Shown here one piece after another: positions 58,071-64,000 of a stretch of 64,000 bases of DNA. Below the pieces are notes generated by a model. The model was not told the origin of the DNA and did not search any database. It was given only the letters and a program-made list of their open reading frames with translations. The DNA is from Bdellovibrio sp. (GTDB taxonomy: Bacteria; Bdellovibrionota; Bdellovibrionia; Bdellovibrionales; Bdellovibrionaceae): assembly GCA_046318155.1 (NCBI GenBank), contig JBKCUU010000058.1, positions 1-64,000 on the forward strand, given 5' to 3'. The position numbers were made by a program, and so were the translations under genes. Position 1 is the first letter of the stretch. Every line of letters starts with the position of its first letter.

Positions 58071-58628
58071 TTAGATCGTCATGATGCTTTTTTCTTTTTC
58101 GTCAGAAACAGCATCTACTTTCTTAATGTAATCATCAGTCATCTTTTGAATTTCAGTTTCAGTGCGTTTAGCCTCGTCTTCGCTGACAGCTTTGTCTTTC
58201 AGGACTTTTTTAACTTCTTCGTTGGCGTCACGGCGAGACATGCGAACGGCGACTCGAGCATCCTCAACAATTTTTTTAGTTTGCTTGACGAGGTCTTTCC
58301 GGCGTTCTTCTGTCAAATCAGGAACCTTTAGTCGGATGACTTTGCCGTCATTCATCGGCGCAAGCCCAAGATCAGATTTGACGATGGCTTGTTCGATTTC
58401 TTTCAAAATCGATGCTTCCCAGGGTGCGATCAAGAATGACTTTGCGTCGGGGCAAGAAATGGCAGCCACTTGGCTCACGGGGCTTGGAGTGCCGTAATAG
58501 TTAACACGAATATTGTCCAGCATCGAAATTTGCGCGCGGCCGGTGCGGATTTTTTTGAGCTCGGCAGACAAAGCTTGCAGGCTTTTTTCCATTTTTTCTT
58601 GAGTTCGTTTTTTCAAATCGCTCAACAT
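58071..58628 (-). CDS. frr: Ribosome recycling factor
   Basis: IRTGRA, YYG, LTEERRKDLVK, RRDAN. Confidence 0.97.
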   Translation of the reverse strand: MLSDLKKRTQEKMEKSLQALSAELKKIRTGRAQISMLDNIRVNYYGTPSPVSQVAAISCPDAKSFLIAPWEASILKEIEQAIVKSDLGLAPMNDGKVIRLKVPDLTEERRKDLVKQTKKIVEDARVAVRMSRRDANEEVKKVLKDKAVSEDEAKRTETEIQKMTDDYIKKVDAVSDEKEKSIMTI

Positions 58629-58652
58629 GTTCGATTCTCCTCGCCTAAAAGG

Positions 58653-59384
<732 letters not shown>

Positions 59385-60305
59385 TTAGTGACCTTTTGTT
59401 TGAGCAGCAACTTCTTCAGCAAAGTTGTTTGAACGTTTTTGCAAACCTTCGCCCAACTCAAAACGCAAAAAGCGCTTAATGTTCAAAGCGGTGTCGCCGA
59501 TTTTTTTGCCAGTTTCAGCCATGTAGCCGCGAACGTTCAAATCTGGATTTTTAACGAAGGCTTGCTCGAGCAAGCAAGATTCGGCCAAGAACTTGCGAAT
59601 TTGACCCTCAACGATCTTGTCGAGCATTTCGGGCTTTTTACCCTGTTCAAGAGCTTTGCCTTTAAGGATCTCTTTCTCTTTAGTCACGACCTCGGCCGGC
59701 ACTTCTTCTTGGCGCAAGGCGATGGGGTTCATCGCAGCCACGTGCAAGCAAACGTCATTGGCAAAAGTGCGCACCTCTTGTGAAGTCGGTTTTGTTGTTT
59801 CAACATCCACCATGACGCCGATTTTGCCATCGCCGTGGATGTAGGTGTGAACAAGACCTTTTGAGTCAAAGCGCTCAAAACGGCGAATCACGAGGTTCTC
59901 TCCAATTTTAGCGATCGCCTCTTTGAGGTACTCACCAATCTGTTGTCCAGATTGAAGCTTTTGCGACGACAAAGTCGCAACGTCAGCGGGAGCAGCAGGT
60001 GCCGCCACAATCGACTCGACAACCTCTTTAACGAAAGTTTTGAACATCTCATTTTTAGCAACGAAATCGGTTTCAGAATTCACTTCTAGAACGGCGCCAG
60101 AAGCTCCTTTAACGGAAGCAACAACGACACCCTCAGAAGCGAGGCGGTCCGATTTTTTTGCAGCAGAGGCGAGGCCCTTTTTGCGAAGCCATTCAACGGC
60201 GGCTTCAAAATCACCCTTTGTTTCTTCGAGGGCTTTTTTGCAATCCAACATTCCAGCGCTGGTTTTTTCGCGAAGATCGCGAACCATAGATGCAGAAATC
60301 GACAT
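59385..60305 (-). CDS. tsf: Elongation factor Ts
   Basis: LREKTSAGMLDCKKAL, EVNSETDFVA, IGENLVIRRF. Confidence 0.97.
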   Translation of the reverse strand: MSISASMVRDLREKTSAGMLDCKKALEETKGDFEAAVEWLRKKGLASAAKKSDRLASEGVVVASVKGASGAVLEVNSETDFVAKNEMFKTFVKEVVESIVAAPAAPADVATLSSQKLQSGQQIGEYLKEAIAKIGENLVIRRFERFDSKGLVHTYIHGDGKIGVMVDVETTKPTSQEVRTFANDVCLHVAAMNPIALRQEEVPAEVVTKEKEILKGKALEQGKKPEMLDKIVEGQIRKFLAESCLLEQAFVKNPDLNVRGYMAETGKKIGDTALNIKRFLRFELGEGLQKRSNNFAEEVAAQTKGH

Positions 60306-60352
60306 TTTCGAACTCCTTACTTAGCTTTTCTAGCAAACTTTAGGATCAGGCT

Positions 60353-60370
60353 GCGGCCCCATGGGGCCGC
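60353..60370. repeat. Perfect 18-bp GC-rich palindrome in the rpsB-tsf spacer
   Basis: GCGGCCCCATGGGGCCGC. Confidence 0.8.
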
Positions 60371-60397
60371 GGGCCGATAGACAGATTAGACGGGAGA

Positions 60398-61348
60398 CTA
60401 CTTTTCTTCTTCGGTCGAAGATTCTTGATTGGGATTCTCAAGCTCAGCTTCGATCTCAATTTTCTCGGCCATACCAGCGGCAACAAGCTTGCGGGCTTTC
60501 GTGACCTTCACAACTTCAGGGCCAGCTTTGGCGGCTGCCGCTTGATCTTGAGGTCTTGCACCACGAGGAGCAGGGCCACGGCCTTTGCGCTCGGGACCAG
60601 CGTCTGATTTCATTTCTTTTTCGAGATCAGAACCTTTGTCAGTTTGAGAGCGAAGATTAACTTGGTATTCTTTCGAGCCTTCGATGTAAGCATCGGCAAC
60701 CAAGTTCGCGAATAATTTGATCGAACGGATCGCATCGTCGTTTCCGGGAATTGGATATTCGATCATTTCAGGATCCGAGTTGCTGTCGGCAATCGCGACA
60801 ACGGGGATGCCCAGGCGCTTGGCTTCAGCAACGGCGATGTGCTCTTTCGGAAGATCGACGACAAACATAACAGAAGGAGTGCCCTTCAAGTCTTTGATGC
60901 CGTTGAGGTACTCAGACAAGCGAAGGTATTCTTTTTCCATTTTTGAGCGTTCTTTTTTGGTGAAGAATTCGAACTCACCATTTTCACGCATACCATCGAT
61001 TTTGCGGAGGCGGTCGATCGAAGCTTTGATTGTTTCAAAGTTCGTGAGCATTCCACCGAGCCAACGTTTTGTGACGTAGTACTGACCGCATTTTTGCGCA
61101 GCTTCAGTCACAGGCTCAACGGCTTGTTTTTTGGTGCCGACGAAAATCATTTTTCCACCAGAGGCGGCAACTGATTTCACGAATTCAGCAGCTTTGTTTG
61201 CGCGTACAACCGTTTTCTGGAGGTCAATAATATGAATGCCTCCGCGGTTGGTGTACACGTAAGGTTTCATTTTTGGATTCCAACGTTGTGTTTGGTGTCC
61301 AAAATGGACGCCAGCGTCCAACATCTCTTTCATGGTCACTTGTGCCAT
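60398..61348 (-). CDS. rpsB: 30S ribosomal protein S2 with C-terminal extension
   Basis: [40 protein letters not shown] before ATG 61348. Confidence 0.97.
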   Translation of the reverse strand: MAQVTMKEMLDAGVHFGHQTQRWNPKMKPYVYTNRGGIHIIDLQKTVVRANKAAEFVKSVAASGGKMIFVGTKKQAVEPVTEAAQKCGQYYVTKRWLGGMLTNFETIKASIDRLRKIDGMRENGEFEFFTKKERSKMEKEYLRLSEYLNGIKDLKGTPSVMFVVDLPKEHIAVAEAKRLGIPVVAIADSNSDPEMIEYPIPGNDDAIRSIKLFANLVADAYIEGSKEYQVNLRSQTDKGSDLEKEMKSDAGPERKGRGPAPRGARPQDQAAAAKAGPEVVKVTKARKLVAAGMAEKIEIEAELENPNQESSTEEEK

Positions 61349-61362
61349 GTATTTACTCCTTC

Positions 61363-61465
61363 TGGTTAAGCCTCCTCCGGGACAGGGACTTTGAGATGTT
61401 TTTTCATCCAAAGTTGAGAACCGATCTTAAAGATCGGCACCAGTGGTTATCCACGGAGTGCGTAA
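61363..61465 (-). ncRNA. rpsB 5' leader (t44-like S2 autoregulatory RNA)
   Basis: Minus strand ACGCAC...GGTGCC...hairpin CCGATCT/AGATCGG...GGATG...GGAGGCTTAACC, matching the t44 layout as I recall it, directly before the rpsB SD. Confidence 0.65.
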
Positions 61466-61521
61466 TTTAGTTGGTCTGGAGTATCACAGGGGATGGGGAG
61501 AGTCGATTTTTGCGTCGTGCG

Positions 61522-61911
61522 TTATGGCTCATTGTTAAAGCGGATACGGATGGGGAAGCGGACTTCGTCGCGGGGTCGCTTGGTCAACCAGGCATGCAGA
61601 GCCAAGGCCAATTGGTTTCGTGAGGCCTCGAACTGCTCAGCAAGGGGGGCTTCGCCGGTCTTTTGCTTGAGTTCGGGGGCCTTAATATGAAGTTCGTCGC
61701 CGATGAAAGAAAAATCCCAGGCGTCACTCTGATTGAGGGTCACCTCGGGCGGGAGGGCCGCGACCATCACGTCTTGGCGGGCCTTAAAATCATCCATGAG
61801 TTGAGTCAAAACGCTGGCCCTAAAGTCTTCTTGGTGATACCACACATAAACCAGCGAGCCGGCCATGACCAAAACTCCCACCAACATCAGCGAAACGATA
61901 CTTTTTCCCAT
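61522..61911 (-). CDS. Hypothetical membrane-anchored protein
   Basis: 129-aa ORF with an N-terminal TM helix. Confidence 0.55.
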   Translation of the reverse strand: MGKSIVSLMLVGVLVMAGSLVYVWYHQEDFRASVLTQLMDDFKARQDVMVAALPPEVTLNQSDAWDFSFIGDELHIKAPELKQKTGEAPLAEQFEASRNQLALALHAWLTKRPRDEVRFPIRIRFNNEP

Positions 61912-62007
61912 GCCCGGTTTTGTAACTTAAGACTATGCTTGGTGGCAATGATGGCCATTGATCGAATCAATTTTTAAGGCGCGCCCAGCCGTTGTTATGG
62001 TAATTTC

Positions 62008-62550
62008 ATGGAACTGATGATTTCTGAGAGCTCTTTTCTGATTCAAACGGCGAGACTTGGCGACGCCCCCGCATTGGCGGATCTCGTCAACTCGGCCTAC
62101 CGCGGGGACTCGAGCCGTCAGGGTTGGACGACGGAGGCCGATCTTCTGAGTGGTCAGCGGACCGATGCTGAAAAAGTCAGTGAGATGATCCGTTCTCAAG
62201 ACGGTGTCATTATGATGGGTCTTCGCGATGGGCGCCTCGAAAGCTGCGTTTATTTGCAAAAAAAAGACGATCGGGCCTATTTAGGAATGTTGACGGTCAG
62301 ACCCGAACTGCAAAATGCGGGTTGGGGAAAAAAGCTCCTGAAACAAAGCGAGGATTGGATCCGCCAGCATTGGCAGTCCCCCTTAATTGAAATGACGGTC
62401 ATCACGACAAGAACTGAGCTGCTTAAGTGGTATGAGCGTCATGGTTATCAAAGAACCGAAAAAACTCTGCCCTTTCCCTACCACGATGAACGCTTCGGTA
62501 TCCCGAAGGTCCCTGATCTCAAATTCATCATCCTCGAAAAGAAAATGTAG
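62008..62550 (+). CDS. GNAT family N-acetyltransferase
   Basis: LVNSAYRG...WTTEA, GMLTVRPELQNAGWGKKLL, WYERHGY. Confidence 0.9.
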   Translation: MELMISESSFLIQTARLGDAPALADLVNSAYRGDSSRQGWTTEADLLSGQRTDAEKVSEMIRSQDGVIMMGLRDGRLESCVYLQKKDDRAYLGMLTVRPELQNAGWGKKLLKQSEDWIRQHWQSPLIEMTVITTRTELLKWYERHGYQRTEKTLPFPYHDERFGIPKVPDLKFIILEKKM

Positions 62551-62583
62551 CGGCTACATTCTGTGGAAGCGGGGCTTCATATT

Positions 62584-63753
62584 TTACGGAGATTCGGGCT
62601 CTTCGACTTCAAGGTTGTCGCCAATTTGGCTTGAGTTGAGTTCGGCTCCCAGAGGGTTAATGCCCAAAGCACTTGTGACCAACTGTGCTTGTGCCAAGGC
62701 GCCGGCCAAGTTTTTTAGCGGGTGAATCGCGCCCGAAGCGACCCAAAAATTATTGGCTTGAGGCAAGGTTTGGTGGCCGGTGAGTTTAAGTTCGCCGTTT
62801 CCAGAGAATGAGGGTACTGCCAAAACGCGCTCAGAGACCAAGCCTTCAAGAGCTTGGGGGTAGGCTCGCCTGATTTGACGCTTCATTTTCTTGAGACTCG
62901 CACCGATTTTCTCGGTGTCTTCGGCGTCTTCGTCGTCAATGAAGCTCAGCCATTGCGACATCTGCAGCGTTTGATCCTGATAGGGAGCAGGGCTCATGAA
63001 GCGCCCCACGCAAGGGCCAATATCGTCTTGAGTCGTCCCGTTGAGCATATGGATGCCCAAGTTTTTAGTCGCGGGTTGAGCGTGAGTTAAATCAAGGCCA
63101 ATCGCGGTTGAAAATTTAGCTTTTGAAAATTTTTGCCGGGCCCTCGGGGTTAACGCTTCTTCGGGGAGTAAAATCTTAAGAGACTTAAGAGGTCCTGCGT
63201 AAATCACGTTGAGGGCCTGAATGGTCTTTTGGCCATTGACCAAAAGCGAGTGGATTTTGCCCTCGGCGAATTGAAACCTGGTCACGTAGCTGCGAGGAGA
63301 AAAGTCGACGAGCAGGCCGTCAAATAATTTTTGTGTCCAAGTCGAAATCGGCTTGGCAAGAACCAACTCTTTGGTGGCCAAAAAGTAAGAGAATTCATCG
63401 TAAAACTCGGGAGCGGAATCACCAAATCCAACAAAAGGACGGAGCCCGCCCGATTCGTACGTCAAGGGATCTCGACCGACAGATTCAAAGGCGATCTCTT
63501 CGCCGAGGAGGTTTGAAACGAACTCGAGTCCACGGCGAGTCAGTTCAGTGTCAGGCAAGAAACGCAGACCGTTTTCTTGTGGCCCCAGTTTGGTTTGAAC
63601 CATTCGGTTGAGTCCGCCCGGGTGATCACCCGCTTCGATCAGCGTCACGTTTGCGCCTTCTTTGGCCAAACTACGCGCGGCGAGCAATCCACTGAGGCCT
63701 GCGCCAACGACGACATAATCCGAAACATTCGATTTTTTGCTTTGTGTGCTCAT
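62584..63753 (-). CDS. FAD-dependent oxidoreductase (amine oxidase/phytoene desaturase-like fold)
   Basis: VVVGAGLSGLLAA...VTLIE...PGG Rossmann motif. Confidence 0.8.
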   Translation of the reverse strand: MSTQSKKSNVSDYVVVGAGLSGLLAARSLAKEGANVTLIEAGDHPGGLNRMVQTKLGPQENGLRFLPDTELTRRGLEFVSNLLGEEIAFESVGRDPLTYESGGLRPFVGFGDSAPEFYDEFSYFLATKELVLAKPISTWTQKLFDGLLVDFSPRSYVTRFQFAEGKIHSLLVNGQKTIQALNVIYAGPLKSLKILLPEEALTPRARQKFSKAKFSTAIGLDLTHAQPATKNLGIHMLNGTTQDDIGPCVGRFMSPAPYQDQTLQMSQWLSFIDDEDAEDTEKIGASLKKMKRQIRRAYPQALEGLVSERVLAVPSFSGNGELKLTGHQTLPQANNFWVASGAIHPLKNLAGALAQAQLVTSALGINPLGAELNSSQIGDNLEVEEPESP

Positions 63754-63799
63754 TGCCCGAAATTTTCCGCAAGGCGGAGGGCAATTTCAAGAGCAAAGC

Positions 63800-64000
63800 T
63801 CAATGACGGAGGGCGCGATCAATCAACAAGCGCAAACTCTTGCGAACCACAGGCTTCAAGCGGGGGTTCTTATCCAGAAACCAGGCAATCGGGGGAGAAA
63901 TGCGGTAGTAAAACCAAATGAAGGCTTGACCCAGAATTGAGTTCCTTAAGGATTCGTCACGCCAGTTCCGCAAAATCAAAACTTCGGGAGCCGCCGAGTT
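63800..64000 (-). CDS. C-terminus of a CFI-box-CTERM-like protein (runs off the window end)
   Basis: Own translation: ...APEVLILRNWRDESLRNSILGQAFIWFYYRISPPIAWFLDKNPRLKPVVRKSLRLLIDRALRH*, matching EV..LR..RD..L....G..F...YY..SP.IA. Confidence 0.75.
   Translation of the reverse strand, partial: NSAAPEVLILRNWRDESLRNSILGQAFIWFYYRISPPIAWFLDKNPRLKPVVRKSLRLLIDRALRH

Noticed and set aside
60353..60370. GC palindrome as a REP/MITE or CRISPR repeat
   Set aside because: Single copy in the window; an rpsB-tsf intergenic hairpin is the ordinary explanation

Overview
Dense, mostly core-genome window from a bacterium that is very probably a Bdellovibrio-like predator (Bdellovibrionota). This is inferred from gene content and synteny, not from a search. 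It holds dnaJ (partial)-grpE-hemW, an M16 peptidase, tatBC, a three-gene acyl-CoA carboxylase, asnS, a subtilisin lipoprotein, pdp/deoA-deoC, pilT, rng, corA, rplU-rpmA-obgE-(nadD::rsfS)-rlmH, comF-lolA-rimO, nadE, mdh-sucCD-ndk-rlmD-tgl/pilF-rodZ, an Mla/MCE ABC operon with two ATPases and two permeases, orphan tadB/tadC-like genes, a CBS/CGL pair, tRNA-Phe, pgeF-rluD, tsaB, and rpsB-tsf-pyrH-frr-uppS-cdsA-rseP. I saw no mobile elements, prophage or CRISPR. The most notable signals are: (1) an unannotated, self-contained 23-aa Lys/Ala/Thr histone-H1-like micro-gene (46746-46817, -) with its own SD, terminator and candidate promoter, echoed by a similar tail on ribosomal protein L21; (2) an orphan, divergent tandem BMC-shell-like (PduT-type) protein coupled to rimO; (3) a NadD-RsfS fusion; (4) a 275-aa protein with a Flp prepilin N-terminus and a second C-terminal membrane anchor; (5) a recurring sigma28/FliA-like promoter motif upstream of non-flagellar genes; (6) a MinD/FlhG-like ATPase paired with an HPD-less J-domain/HTH protein; (7) dxr and ispG absent from their usual syntenic slots. 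All family calls come from motif recognition by eye.
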